From Bugula neritina (taxonomy: Eukaryota; Animalia; Bryozoa): 64,000 nucleotides of DNA. A model generated the notes under the pieces. It was not told where the DNA came from and searched no databases. It worked only from the letters and a program-made list of their open reading frames with translations. Position numbers and translations under genes: made by a program. How positions within the stretch are numbered: the stretch's first letter is position 1; every line of letters begins with the position of its first letter. Below, one piece after another: positions 45,906 to 61,100 of this stretch. The stretch lies in contig OZ037767.1 of assembly GCA_964035545.1 (NCBI GenBank), positions 9,682,581 through 9,746,580 on the forward strand, written 5' to 3'.

Positions 45906-48900
45906 CTACTCAAGTGTAAGAGATCCAGCAGCATAGCTAACAGATGAGTCATTCTGAGATGTACATTGATTAGACTGTGCATAGTGCAGGAACTCAAAAG
46001 CATACAAGGAGGGGTGGTCTCCTGGTAAGGCCTTCAATGACTCGACTGCCTAGAAAGGTGATACAAACTTATCTTAGGGTACGCAATAGTTTTTTTTATT
46101 AAACCAGCATTAGCAGCTAAAGATCATTTGTGCACTTGTTAGGCAGCATATTCAATATTGAGACATTTTCTTATGGGTTATTATAGGCAACGTTATATAC
46201 ATATAGCAACTCAATCAGCACTTGCGAGTCAATACCATCAACAAATGCATGTTAGAATGCATGTGGTGTTATTAAATCATCAACTATTAGAAAACACAAT
46301 ATTTAAAAAATTCAGTTATAAACTCTAAGCCTAGGGCCACACTGTGCGTATTTTGGCATGCGAAAATTTAAACCGCGAGTAGCAAAGGTGTCCACTGTAT
46401 GTGTTGAGAAAACATTCGCACTTGTCGCTCAGCATTCTGAACGCAAGTGCGAATCGTCTCTGTCGTCTTCACCTACTTGGTTGGTAGTTATTTAGCGAGC
46501 CCAATTATTTTATTTTAGTGCTACATTCCAGTAAATTGCGTTTTATTGAAAGCGAGTGCGATTTAAAAATGAAAACTTCATTCATCCGGCACTTGTAGCC
46601 ATAGCAACAAGGCGAGCAGTAAAGTCAAACGCAAATATTATTAGCTAGTAGTTTTCCGATCTCACTAACGCTACAGTGGACACCTTTGCTACTTGTGGTT
46701 TTAATTTTCGCATGCAAAAATATGCACAGTGTGGCCCTAGGCTAACAGACAACCAGTTTGATGGCTAAAAATCAAGCCTAGTTCTAACTATAATAATCGA
46801 CGCTACTTAACCAAGTTTTTGAAGAGCTGTTAACACTAGTCAACACCTGCCAAGACTAGTGAATACCTGTCAAAACTTGTTGAAATCTAAGTAATTATTG
46901 TGACACTAGGCTGAGAATACTCCAGTAGATGTTATTTACAGGAGTACCATAGATGAGGGGAGACTTACATTTAGTAATACTGCAATAGGGTGTCTTCCAC
47001 ATATAGTGTTGTTAGATTCTCTGAGATATTGGTAGAACCCTTCCGAGTCCAGAGATTCTATATGTTTCATGCCCTGAAGTTGGTAAAGAAAGTGAGAGCT
47101 GCATAAACATGCAAACAGTTGAGGAACAATCCATAGGAAAAAACATGAAGCAACTAATAAGTTTATGAAAATATATATAAAAAGAAGTTAGCAAAAGCCT
47201 TCTATTTAAATTCTAAGAGGTGTTCTAAATAATTATGGTATGAATTATTACTGCACAAGATAATTGCATAGGTTTCAGACAATAACCGTGTAGAACTGTA
47301 TAGAATATGTAGAACTGTATAGAATATGCAGAACTGTATAGAATATGTAGAACTGTATATAATATGTAGAACTGTATATAATATGTAGAACTGTATAGAA
47401 TATGCAGAACTGTATAGAATATGTAGAACTGTATAGAATATGTAGAACTGTATAGAATATGTAGAACTGTATAGAACGTGTGGAACTGCATAGTATGTGT
47501 AGAACTGTATAGAATGTGTAGAACTGTATAGAATGTGTAGAACTGTATAAAATATGTAGAACTGTATAGAATATGTAGAACTGTATAGAATGTGTAGAAC
47601 TGCCTAGAACGTGTAGAACTGTATAGAATGTGTAGAACTGTATAGAACGTGTAGAACTGTATAGAATATGTAGAACTGTATAAAATGTGTAGAACTGTAT
47701 AGAATGTGTAGAACTGTTTAGAACGTGTAGAACTGTATAGAACATGTAGAACTGTATAGAATATGTAGAACTGTATAGAATGTGTAAAACTGTATAGAAT
47801 ATGTAGAACTGTATAGAATGTGTAGAACTGTATAGAACGTGTAGAACTGTATAGGATGTGTAGAACTGTATAGAACGTGTAGAACTGTATAGGATATGTA
47901 GAACTGTATAGAATGTGTAGAACAGTATAGGATATAATACATAGTGTTGGCTACTTACTGCTTTGTCCAAGTTTTCAATATGCTGAGAAATAGTGCCATT
48001 CCTTTTGTCATAATGCTTATAACTGAACCTCTTCCCTATAGTTACATAATAACATATCATAATGTATAGATCTGAGAATCACAACCATAGCAAGATAGAG
48101 CTACAAGTAACACGGTGCTAGACACATAGCAGAGTGAGAGCAATCCATAGCAACTCCTGATCCTAATGATGGAAACAAAACAAATATAAACCAAGATACC
48201 TATTTAAATATTCGACAGAAAATCCACAATACAAAAAATGCTAGCTGGCATCGAACTATTAAAAAACAAAACGCGGGAATAATCATATGCTGATACTAGT
48301 ATAGTGTTAAGATGAGTAAAGTAGATATGCAAGTTTATTGGCTAAACTAGCTTCTCATTTCCAAATAATATAATGTGAGGCAAAAGCTATGAAAACGAAA
48401 CCAGAAGAGAACACAAGTGAAGGCTTACCCCAGTGACAAAAGTCCGAAGATATCACAAAGAAGTTTTCCTTATCAGCTAAATACTTTGAGAACAGCTGAC
48501 CGTAAAACTGCTCAGCTTTCCTGTTCAGATTTCCAACCAGCACTGGTACAATGGTGAAACTACAACTGCAATCACAGGCATCCATTACCAATACACGCTA
48601 ACTACTGTTTTATTACAGTCGCCATCCCCGTGAGAAAACCCCTGATGGAAGAAGTTTTGTTAAATCAGGCTAAGGACTTATTCAGATGGGGCACAGGAGC
48701 AATTATGACTGGATGCTCTTCCTAACACCACAATGACTATAGTACAAAGCAATAACTCAACATGTACGTGGAATATGCAAGCACACCCACCCCTCCATTA
48801 CTTTAGCTATGTATGGTAAGTGCATCTCAATTGAGTGTTCATCTTCGTCTGTGGTCTGTGACATCCACTCAAAGTTGCCAGTGCTATGCAATTCTTCAAT

Positions 48901-51277
48901 GAGACTGGTGTCCAACTTCAGGTTATACAGTGGCGTCTCGTACTCCTTAGTCCGGGACAACGCACAGCCCTGTGAGATACGCAAAATTTGTGTCAGGCAC
49001 AGCAACCAATGCATACAATAACTATAGTTTGGTGATGGAGCGAGTATACTATTTGTCTATTTTCAACATCATTAGCTGTACTGAGCAAATCTTTGGGGTT
49101 ATTGTCTAAACTGGTAATTTATTGTGCATATATGCGTGTGATACACGGGTATATGCATACAGTACACCTGTGCATGCATATAGCACATGTGTATATACAT
49201 ACACTACATGCACCTAGTATATGTGTATATACATATACTAGGTGCATGTATATACATATCTTAACATTTTATAGTAATAAAAACTGAGAAATACTATGAT
49301 ATTCTCACATATAAACATACTGACACATGACTCTAGTATCCAGTTAAAGGCACACACCCACAACCCTGTGGCTCTGAGATGAGCCATTATATGAATACAT
49401 TAAACAAAACAGTGTGGCACTTGTTGGCATCTGCCAGCAAGTGTTTTACCTGAAGTCTGTAATGATGGGAAGGGCCGAGGATAAAAACCCTCTTCACTTT
49501 CGATGGGACGATAACTCTGTAGGCATAAGCAGCAGTAGGACCAGAGTACGAGTAACCAGCGTGACTGAAATAGAACGACACGAAGAGATAAATCCCACGA
49601 GGGGGTAACTCCTGGTATTATTAAACTATTTTTAGTAAAAATTAGAATAGATATAATTACTACTGTATAATACAGGTCCTGGCCTTATATGACAATGATA
49701 TGATTTGGTAGAAGGCTAATCTTGACACTGCTATATTAGTGATGCTGCTATATTAGTGCTGCGTAGGATTTGTGCTGGCTTTGGTATCAATATTTCAATA
49801 TACGAGTATTTGTTTTTAGTTATGTTTTTGCTGATATTTTCACTACTGTGCACAATACAGCCTTAAAGTAGACAAAGCATCTTTAGGTGATGAGTGAACC
49901 CATTTAAAAATCACGTATTGCACTGAAAACACAAAAACAAAACATTAGTATAGAGAATACGGGGACTTTAGAATAGCATAATGGTTTATCAGCAGCTGAG
50001 TTTCAGCCTTCTAGATATATCTATTAACCGCACAGCACTAATTCAATATTTATAGTACGATACATACGGAGCTACAATTGCTCTCTGCTCTGGAACACTA
50101 GCAGAGTTCATTCCACCAGCTTGCTTCAGCCATTCATCTAACTGCCTATTTAAGGTATAACCTAAAATATATCACATGTAAACACTGGATTAGTAAGCAA
50201 CACCTTGTACAAAAAAACAACAACATTTTACATGAAACAACATGATACCCTAAAATTCACAAACAAATGAGACCAACAAAACACTCATGTGTACATGCAA
50301 CTGTATACCATTAAGGCATAATCACAGAAAATAAAATATTATAATGCTACTTTCAACATTCAAAATGTAAGATTTAATAAAATATGACAATCCCGTAAGC
50401 TAAACAACAATTACTCCCAGTACTTAGATGATGTTGAAGCTATTATCCTACATCTGATTGAAAACATACACTAATGAATGGTTCCTAAATACATATTATA
50501 ATTCTCAACAGTTTGAACCTGTCAAACTTTAGCAGCTAAATGTTTCATCAGTGATAATTTTGATTACAGTACATGACTCTTGATTGAAACCTTTTTAATT
50601 TTACAACAATAAATAACTGAATAATTATCAAGAAAGCACCATAAAAGTATATATTCTCTCCCAAAATAGTTAAAAGGCAATGATTTCTTTTAATATAGCA
50701 GTATTGGCCATTAGCTGATCCTGATAGCAGACAAGTTGTCAAATTCCATAAACAGATTTAATCATCAAACACATTTGATATATATGAATATATTAACAAT
50801 GGAAGATACTTATAAAGATTCAGCCAATTTGGTAAAAATTGATAAAAATTTACTGAAGTACTTAAAAAAAAAGCAATGGCCTAATAAATCAATTAAGACC
50901 CCTTAACCAGTGAACCACTGTCATATTTTTACAAACCTAGGAGGAGCTATCATCGGCAAATAAAGCAAGCTCATGAATTTATTGAAGATATGTGGGCAGA
51001 AAATATATTATGAACTCAATCTGCAAGGACAAACAACTCTGTGATTACATTAGCTTGTAGCCAAGATATTTTAAAAGATTTTCATAGAGCATAAATGTGA
51101 TGCCTTAAGCTTTTCAGTGCCAAAAGAAAACCTATAATATCAAATTTTCAACACTGAAAACCGAATAACTATACAATAAATAATTCAATAGTTCTTACCA
51201 TCCGATGTATACCAGCTACCAGCATGAGATGCAGCTCGATTCAGAGTGAAATTTGCACCTTGACTTGCTCTGGCCAT
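45906..51277 (-). CDS. MEMO1: Protein MEMO1 (mediator of ErbB2-driven cell motility)
   Basis: Exons 51277(or 51286)-51199, 50161-50068, 49564-49450, 48969-48791, 48565-48429, 48035-47959, 47073-46969, 46049-45906. Motifs [68 protein letters not shown]. Confidence 0.95.
46328..46743. mobile_element. MITE family A, copy 3 (416-bp long variant) in MEMO1 last intron
   Basis: Same TIRs; about 70 bp of extra internal sequence (~46580-46660); flanks read TAA|GCC...GGC|TAA. Confidence 0.88.
47290..47930. repeat. 19-bp minisatellite (GTAGAACTGTATAGAATAT), ~34 copies, in a MEMO1 intron
   Basis: Directly visible; explains the repetitive YTVLH ORFs. Confidence 0.97.
48615..48738 (-). mobile_element. 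tRNA-derived SINE copy lacking the tRNA head (5'-truncated)
   Basis: Tail and core match the family; ends after ..CTAACACCACAATGAC. Confidence 0.75.
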
Positions 51278-51689
51278 AGCTATCATATATATTATCAAAT
51301 TGAAGCATGTTTATTCATTATTGGAGATTAAACATAAGCATATAATTTGTAAAAAATCATTAAGAAATTACATATTTTTATGTTTTCTATTTTACATTTA
51401 CCATATTACAAGCCATTTAGTTGCTTGACTGTGCGTTCAAAATGTTGCTATTTTATTTTATTATATTGTATCCATCATCTAAGTACATTAATTTACTACT
51501 AGATACAATATGATCACTGTCATTGTGCTATAGTATTATAATTATGATAGTATTTAATATAATATAAATATGATAATTATGATATTCATATTAATAATAA
51601 TATTGATTGATTACAAGAAAATTAGTAATTACAAGCATATTTAATTTTATACTTGTAAATTGCAATTAATATTATACTATAACTATGTC

Positions 51690-51964
51690 TCAGTCTATTA
51701 TTATTAGTATTACTATTATTATTAGTACTATACTTATATTAATATTTATAATTGTAGTATTGGCTATTGCTAAGCCTAAGGCTAATGGCAATGCTAATAG
51801 TAATACTAATACTAATAGTAATACTAATAGGCATAGCAATACTAATAGTAATAGTAATAATAATACTATTAATAGCAGTATTACTATTACTATTACTATT
51901 AGTATTAGTATTACTATTAGTATTACTATTACTATTAGTATTACCAGTACTAGTAGTAGTAGTG

Positions 51965-52003
<39 letters not shown>

Positions 52004-52050
52004 TTAAATTAGTAATACTAATACTAATAGGAATAGTAATACTATCACTA
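51690..52050. repeat. Low-complexity trinucleotide region (TAT/TAA/TAC/TAG)n
   Basis: Directly visible; gives spurious poly-I/L/V/S ORFs on both strands. Confidence 0.9.
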
Positions 52051-55000
52051 TGAGTATGAATCAACAAAATGAAAATTACTTAATCTTATTGAGTTAGAGT
52101 AGGTCTTAAGTTAAACTTATAGTTAGTCATTTAATCATGATCATAATTAAAGTTAATGATTATCAAATCATTATTAACATTATGATTAATATAAATATTA
52201 TCATTATGATTATGATTATTCCTAATCCCACAGCTGACACTGACTGTGATACTGACTGTGAGTGTGACAGTGACTGTGAGTGCGACTCTTGAGACGCAAT
52301 TTCGATTACTTTCACTTCAAGTTGGAGCTTAACTTTGCTTTAACTTTTTATTTAAAAGCTCGTTTAAAAACTTGTAGAGTTTCCTTGCAATAATTTACTA
52401 TAGTATTTAGTTTGACTTGAACGATAATAATATAAAACAATTATTAGATTTACAGTGAGGCTTAGTGCAATAAATTGTTTTATAGGCAGCCCCAAGTTGG
52501 GGGTGATTGAGTTCAGTTGTTTGGAGTCTCATATTTGGAGTTAGGTCTCTCAACATCAAAAGTGAGAATCTCAAACTACTGCACTCCTTCACCCTTAACT
52601 TGAAGCTACTCATAGAACAATTTTAGTGGCAATACAATAAAATAGTATTACAATAAATATAGTACTGCATAGCTCAATACGCTCGCCGTTTCACAGGGAT
52701 TAATTTAGCGATTTATGCCAAGGCGCGAGAGGGGTTCCAGTCAATTAGCTCCGCCCACTTGTAGACAACTCGGCTAAGACGGTCCATTTTACTCATTCTA
52801 TCCCTGGTTATAAAGACTTCTGATTGCAACTATAATGGCCTTGCTGAGTGTCTTAGCTTACTACCATATTGGTTTATTATTCCGGTACAACTTCTACTGA
52901 TTCACTCCAGCGCTCCCTCAACTTTTTCGAAGTTCTCCCCAACAAACGAATAGCATACACAAAATATAAGAATTATTGTGGATACAGATACATTATAAAA
53001 ATAGAGCTAGGACTTGTATTTGTAAGATACAACTTTTTGCAGCTGGAAAATTAGAATGCATGCATATCAATGTATGTATATATTATACTTACACTACTTG
53101 TTTATATTTATAACATTACTAAACCAAATGCATAGTGTACTGGTTTCACTGGAGCAGAGCAGCTTATTTGTACCATTGACATAAAAACAACTACCAACTA
53201 CCAACTATTTTTGGATGATGGTAGATAATAGAAAATTATTATATTGAAAACTTGTTTTATAATGTATATTAGCACTTTCTTCTCCATGTAGTGATTTGGA
53301 TAAAATGATTTCCTGTGTAATCTTTCTGCAATCTTTTTGTCTAAAACCAATCCATATCAGCTATATGTTAAATATATGAAACATATAACTTATATTCATT
53401 TCACTACCATAACATTGATGCAATATTGACCACAGTGGACCATATTATAGGCCTATAAATAGATATTTTCCCTCTATATTAACTTACAGCTAGGAGTTAG
53501 AAATAACTAAACGGAGATGGATCTGGTGGAATGTTGCTAAATATTGTTGTAGTTTTGTGAACTATTATCAGTGGGGGGTTTTATTGTATGCTGAACTACT
53601 GGCTCACCCTATAACTACAAGGTTAGCGAGAGCTAGAGAACCGAAGTATGGTAGCGTTGAAAGAATGTCTATATTTTGGTCTAATTATAGGCCTACACTA
53701 GTAAAAAATATAAGCATTTAGGAAAGAATACACATAATAAAAATATAGTTACACAATAAACTAGTCTTATAGTTGATAGCTGTCCTGAGACTGGGCACCA
53801 GAAGGCGTTACTTATAACTGGAGGGTTCAGTCTGATTGGCTAGTGGGGTTCCGGCGGTAGTGCCTGTAATAAGTGGTGCGGTGCCGCATGGAAATGCAGT
53901 ATTTCACAATGTTAGCCTAGGAGCAGCATGTAGAGTTATTGTCTCTTGGAACTTTATAATTTAATACACTGCATCTTCTACTACAAATGTTAGTGGCATA
54001 GTGGTTGGGGAACAATACTTCCCATAGCCATTACACCATTTAGTGTTTTAGAAATAATTTGTAGCCAAGCTTATGCAACCAAATAGATTGTAGTATACAC
54101 ATTACACACATGTGTGTGCGCCGTATATACATTATGTACATGCGCATATATACAGATATTTACGAATATAAATATTTAATCTTGGTTGCGATCATAGGTT
54201 GACTTCCCTGTTGATTCAACTGTTTCATAGTGTTTCGGCAAAGGATAGCTAAAAGCAAGCATTGTCTGTTAGCTTTGCACTTTACCTTCTTGGTATTGCT
54301 TATACAATTTTATGAGCATTGTTTGATTTCCATTATTTCTTGTAAACATGTGTATTTTCTCTATCTGCTGTGTATAAAATATTATATTGAAATGTGCTTC
54401 ATTTCAAAGTTGAAATACAGCTGATAAGTAAACTTATTATTTATTGGCTGCTTGTTGCCATAGAAACTACAGAGCATGCCTAGTAGACTGTTATAGTAAT
54501 AGTAATCTATTCTGCATAACTAGCTAACACTACTATTTATGTTACCATTTCTAGTTACAGTTGCCAACTACCAAATACGAAGGGTTCTTCAGAGAAAATA
54601 TTCCAACATATTATTGCCAAACAAATAAATTTTATAATAAATACTGTGTACCACACCATACAACACAAAACACCTTCATATGAGCATTTTTCACAATAAT
54701 TTGATTTCAAGTATATTTACAAGCACTTCATGAAGAAATAATTGTCATCAGAAAAATGACTGTATTTTTAATAATCGACTAGAATGAGAAATTCTAAGTG
54801 ATGATTCTATAAGACTAGGCGTTTCTTGCATCATTATAACTTAAATGTAAAACTAAATAATATTGCATAGACACATACTCATATATGAACACAACTACTG
54901 TAAACAAAAATAAGCTCAGTCTGTTAAGTTAAAAGAAATAAAACAATATATATACTCTACATATATACTGTCTATATATAACGTATACATGTACTGCATA

Positions 55001-55191
55001 TATATGTACCACATATACATATACCGTATATATACACCATATAGATATGCCGTATATATACAGTGTATATAGACAGTATATATTTATTATAATTTTGAAA
55101 TAATACAAATAAAAAATGTATTTATGAGAACATATTTTCAGTTTGATATAAGCTAGAAGTGAGCAATTTGCAGATACTAGGCTTCAAGCTG

Positions 55192-58100
55192 TCATGACCA
55201 AGTCTTATCGTATGCATGCCATTCAGGAGGCGGCACAACAAACACACGGATACCTTTGAAGAAGAGAGATATGATACCCATATATGCGGTTCTTGGAACA
55301 CCATCCTACAGCAAAAATGTGAATCCCATCAAATTTTTAATTAAAAAGCTGTCATTCTGTATAAATCACAGTATTAAAGCAAAATTATGTTGTTATTTTT
55401 TCAACAGCTATAGTAATTTGTCACATCCATTGACAACTAAACTCAAAATGCAGCTTGTTATCATGTTGGTTAGAAGTGTGAAGTTCGAACAATACACATT
55501 CCAGTAATTTTAAAAACTGGCTCCGTTGATATAATTTGAAATAAAACTTATAAACAAGATGATTGTCACAGTGTGATCTCATTTCCAAAAGTTTGAAGCA
55601 AACTAATGGTTATCAGCTACAAAGCAGCAATAGAACAGCTGATGTGTCTAAAGGACAGTTATTCTGGCCAATAAACTATTTTTTTCCACAAATTTCAGCT
55701 GCTGGGATTTCATTTTAAGATAATAATTACAACTTAAAGATAAGCTAAGCATGATATAAAGATCAAAAAAGTCCTTAGCCAACTTACAAAGAACACTTTC
55801 TGTCAGGGGTTCGCAGACAGAGAGTAATTATTAACTCACTAGAGATATAAACTAGTTCAGGATATTGTGTTAAAAACGTAGAAAATAAAACAAATGTTAT
55901 TAGGTACCGGACATACCTTGAAGTCATTCATTATATCTAGGGCTTTGGCTATAACTTTAAACTCATTTTTGTTTTTATATAATATTCTGACTGCGAGGTG
56001 TGTTTTCGCTCGAGCTATCTCTTCAAATTGATTCAGAGCTATAAGTGGGGCTGCATTTACTTGATCTAGAAAAACTCGGTCATAGTTCTCCTGCAGAATA
56101 CAAGCATTTTACCATATATATATATATATAACTGAATGAATGAAACCAAATATTCTAAATTAAACTAGACTATCATAAACTCAATGACATATAAAATACA
56201 TGTTTTAATGCATTTGATTTTCAACTAGTTTAAAACAATTCTTATAAAACGGAAAATAGATAAGAAACAAAGAGAACACCTTTTCAATGCATATTTGCAA
56301 TCTAAAAAGTGACCACTCATATATTTATCCCACAACACATTTAGAAGGCACCTTTTTTAGATATGACAGATCTTTCTTAGTCCAGTCTACTTGCTTTCCA
56401 TTCAAATTGATGAACTTTAAATGATTTTTATAGAACTGTCCACTAAAACAGATAATATAAACATATTTATACTGACTGCAAGTAAGGTAGTACTTTGATA
56501 GTACTATGATAACACTGATGTAACACTAAGGTAACACTGAGGTGGTGCTAGGGTAACACTAAGTTAGAACTACCATAGTACTAAAGGAGTAATATGTTAA
56601 CACTGTTGTAGTGTTAAGGAAGCATTAATATGATGGTGTTAAGAGAGTAACACTGAAGCAGGGAGTACATAGCTACATACTGACTGACACCCTTCTCTCC
56701 AAAAGTGTGAGTTCTGGAAATTTCTGGTCGAATGCAAGAACGGTCATTTCTCTGCCCTTCTTGCCGTAGCCAATCATCCCAAAAGCTAAAGGTAGGTCAA
56801 TGTGTACCCATAAAATTATTATGTAGCAGGTCAATGTACACTCAAATTTATTATACTTTGTCAAAAACATACATTAACTTAGAAAAATGCTATAGCTAAA
56901 GAAAGTTACTCTATCGAAAGAGTGAAAAATATAATGATCTAATTCAGGATTGCTAAAAGCACTTTAGGTCACTTGATGCATATTGCAGAGTTGCCTTATT
57001 TCACTAAAGTAAACTATTAATACTGTTTTATGCTATCTTCAATATTTTAACAATGATGAAGACAATATCTGGCTTTCTTGGGCGAAACTCGAAAACCTGT
57101 CACAGTTTAGCCAAAATAGATCATAACCATTAGTGTAATGTTTAGAATATATGCTCCATTGGTTTAAATACACACAACTTATAAGCCTAATAGCTTGTGA
57201 ATCCCAAGAGTATATCAACAGCAATTGACTGGTGAGTTTTAAAAAAGATCCTGTGATATCATACACCGCATAAACTATACAGCTGGAACTTTGTGACACA
57301 AAAACACTTTTAAAAATAAACAAAAGAAAACAAAACATATATAACAGAATTGCATCATACCCTTTAGGCCATTTAACCCGTAGCTCCTCCCATAATGAGT
57401 TCAACATCATCCAACCCAAACCAGGGAAGAAGTCAGTTCGGTATAACAGCTCTAAAATAAACAGTATGCTGGATTACTTTATCATAATGATAAAATACAC
57501 AACTGAACCTTCATAGTTTACATATTACTACAACACTCCGGCTATGGTCATAAAGCAACATATTAACATCTTAAAATCTATATAAAATCAACATAGATTT
57601 AACATAATACCTGAACGATATCTACGTAGTATCCAAAGAGTACCTATATAATATTTACATAGTATCTATATAATATTTACATAGTATCTATATAATATAT
57701 ACTATGTATATATTATGTATATATTATATATAATGCAGATACTATGTATATATTATATATATATACTATGTATATATTATATAGATACCATGTATATATC
57801 ATATAGATACTATGTATATAGTATGTAGATACTATGTATATATTATATAGATACTATGTAAATATTATATATACGTAGCATTTATATAATATTTACACAG
57901 TATCTACATAATATATACATGCAGAGCATATTTTAAAATGTCATTATCAATCAGGTACCAGACTGGCTCTCATCAATATGTTTAGCTTCTCCGTTGTCAT
58001 TCCATGCGGACACACAGAACAGAGTACTATCTTCTCGAAGTAGAGCGTGTGTTGCTTCAAAATATTCAAAGAAATCTGGAGACACGTTTAAATCATCTAC

Positions 58101-61100
58101 AAAAATACACCAGCAGTAGTTCAAACATGCAGTCAGTTCTTTCCTGTAGTTGATACTGATATTATATGTATTATATGCACATTCAATGGTTACATAATAC
58201 ACACACATAAGACCATAATTTATAGAGACGAACTCAAAACACAATTATGAAATAGCAAATCTAAAGCAGCAAGTCAATATTGAGTACTTTTAGTATATTA
58301 TGGTGATTTACATCAAGTTAAGTAACTCTTTACTGTGATATTACGACTTACATTGAGTCTTAAAGCAACACTTTATAATGATTCGGTGAGTTATATTGCA
58401 TTTAGTAACTCTTTAGTATAGTATGTTGACTTATATTTACCCTCTACAATTATAACTGCTTCATATTTCATCTCATCAAACACCTGACCAAGGGCCCAGC
58501 CGTAATGTCTTGCTATCTTATAATAACCCTCCTGTTTTTTATCTTTTTTAGTGAGGTTTGGTATAGGTGAGAGATCAGGTTGCTGTAAAAGAGCCAGAAC
58601 ACAGTAGAGGTAAGTATACTATATCTGTATGTCAACACAGTAGAGGTAAGTATACTATATCTGTATGTCAACACAGTAGAGGTAAGTGTACTATATCTGT
58701 ATGTCAACACAATAGAGGTAAGTATACTATATCTGTATGTCAACACAGCAAAGGTAAGTATACTATATCTGTATGTCAACACAGTAGAGGTAAGTATACT
58801 ATATCTGTATGTCAACACAGTAGAGGTAAGTATACTATATCTGTATGTCAACACAGCAAAGGTAAGTATACTATATCTGTATGTCAACACAGTAGAGGTA
58901 AGTATACTATATCTGTATGTCAACACAGCAAAGGTAAGTATACTATATCTGTATGTCAACACAGTAGAGGTAAGTAAACTATATCTGTATGTCAACACAG
59001 TAGAGGTAAGTATACTATATCTGTATGTCAACACAGTAGAGGTAAGTAAACTATATCTGTATGTCAACACGGTAGAGGTAAGTATACTATATCTGTATGT
59101 CAATATAGTAAAAGTAAGTCATATGACGACACTAGCAAGTGAAACAGAGTACATGGCAGCTACCCCTTCCGTGAGTGATTCATTCATGAAACAATTAAAG
59201 TGAACTGCTATGCAATACTGAAGCTATTAAAATGAACAATAATGTGCCATATTAACACCATTTGGTAATGCATTGATGCATAATAAAACCACAAAAATTA
59301 TGCATCCAATGATTGCCTTGAGCAAAGTTATTAAATTCATCCAAATAATTTTCTAAAACATGCTGGTACAATGATGGTATATATTTCACACATGTAGCAG
59401 TGTACATAATAACTTAATAGTTGGATAAATAAGAGGTGGATGCATTATACCCACCTTAATGTGCCTATATATATGTTTATCATAGGCTTGTATAGCATTG
59501 CTCGTCTCTTCATGTCCACAATCTTGTGTTACTATGATAGGAAACTTTTCTTTGGAAGTCCTGTATCTATAAGTGGTTGCAGTCACATTTAAAGCTTAAA
59601 ACATTGCATTAAATTATTCATATATGTGATTATTGATATGCTAAATTGATATTTTATGCAAATACATAAAATATTACTATATCACAAAATAATGGAACAT
59701 GAGGATAGACACAACAGTCAAACATTTTGTTATAGTGATGTGAAAAGCTCAAAAAGACCAGAGAGAAATAATGATTTTAAAATTTCCTGCTGTACTGTTA
59801 TTTATGTTGCAATTAAGGACTCCTAAACTGGGAAAACTTTTAATAAACTATTTAATCTGCCAACATAATATTTTCAAGAGCAAAATGTATTAATAAGGTA
59901 ACTTTTTCTCACTTGTATTTAGCAAAACCTTCTTTGTAATATAGTGCACAGACAAACAACCCCCCCCTATTAAATCTAAACCATGCTGAAGAACTGCTTG
60001 CAAACAGTTTTCTTTCAACTTCCAACAAATCATCAGTCAACTAAATACATGCTTTAGTAAATTTTGCTGCTCAAAAACTGGTTATTGAGTATGACAGTTT
60101 AATGTCCACACAAATGCTTGAATTTTTTTTTGAATTTCAATCATGTTACTTCTGATTTGTATTATTTATATAACTTTACTCAAATCCTATCACATCACAA
60201 ATATCTTTGGAAACAATCAATATGTATTTTGGCATTTATTTGCATTTTCATATTGCTGTCTCAATATTGAAAATTATTTCTCTGAAGTCAAATAAAGATA
60301 ATGTAGAAATCGATATCCTATCAGTTTTTTCATTGTTTTGTGCAGGTCATGTAAAATGACGTCTGAGTTTTCTTTGATGACACTCATCAACTCTTAAGGA
60401 AATATTGTATGAAAATAAATGAGGCTGTGCAAGATCAAAGATTTTATACTCTTAAAGAGTATGCAGCAAAGGTTCCAGTATTCTTTGCTCAATAAATACT
60501 TTAAACTTAGTGCGATGGTGACTTTTACTTCATTACAGTGACTTGAAGTATACAACAAAATTGCAGTTAATACACTTCTTAAAAATAAGACATACCTAAG
60601 CCGCTATTAAACCCCATTTCTTTACCAATAAATAATAATTATGATACCCAGTGAAAAGGATGAAACTCACTGAATGTTATGAAACCTACTAACAGAGATG
60701 ACACTTTATAGTAGTAACAACATCTATTGATATTGATAACAAATGATAGCAGTAGTTACACCTGCTGATAGTGGTGATCCCTGCTGATAGTAATGACACC
60801 TGATGATAGTAATGACACCTGCCGATAGTAGTGACACATGCTGATAGTGGTGATACCTGCTGATTATGCTGACACATACAGATATTCAGACAATATGGCA
60901 CTTACTTGATGAGGTCTTCCAAAGCCTTAGTTATATATGTAGGTCTATTGCATGAGAAGATTAGTATAGGGAGCACCACATCTTTTTTCATCGTTTCATG
61001 GTCATCAGGTGTTTTAGATTTCTTAGCTGAAAAAACACTATTGCACAATTTATATTTAGAACTAATCAATTTGAAGAAAAACAAGGGGACCACTGAAAAG

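Noticed and set aside
47225-48060. Long repetitive ORFs (261 aa and others)
   Set aside because: Translations of the 19-bp minisatellite; only 48035-47959 is a real MEMO1 exon.
51685-52067. Hydrophobic poly-Leu/Ile/Val ORFs resembling membrane proteins
   Set aside because: Trinucleotide low-complexity DNA that is open on both strands.
58513-59103. 196-aa and 136-aa repeat ORFs; CRISPR-like 36-bp periodicity
   Set aside because: Units are directly adjacent with no unique spacers, there are no cas genes, and the array sits in a eukaryotic intron.
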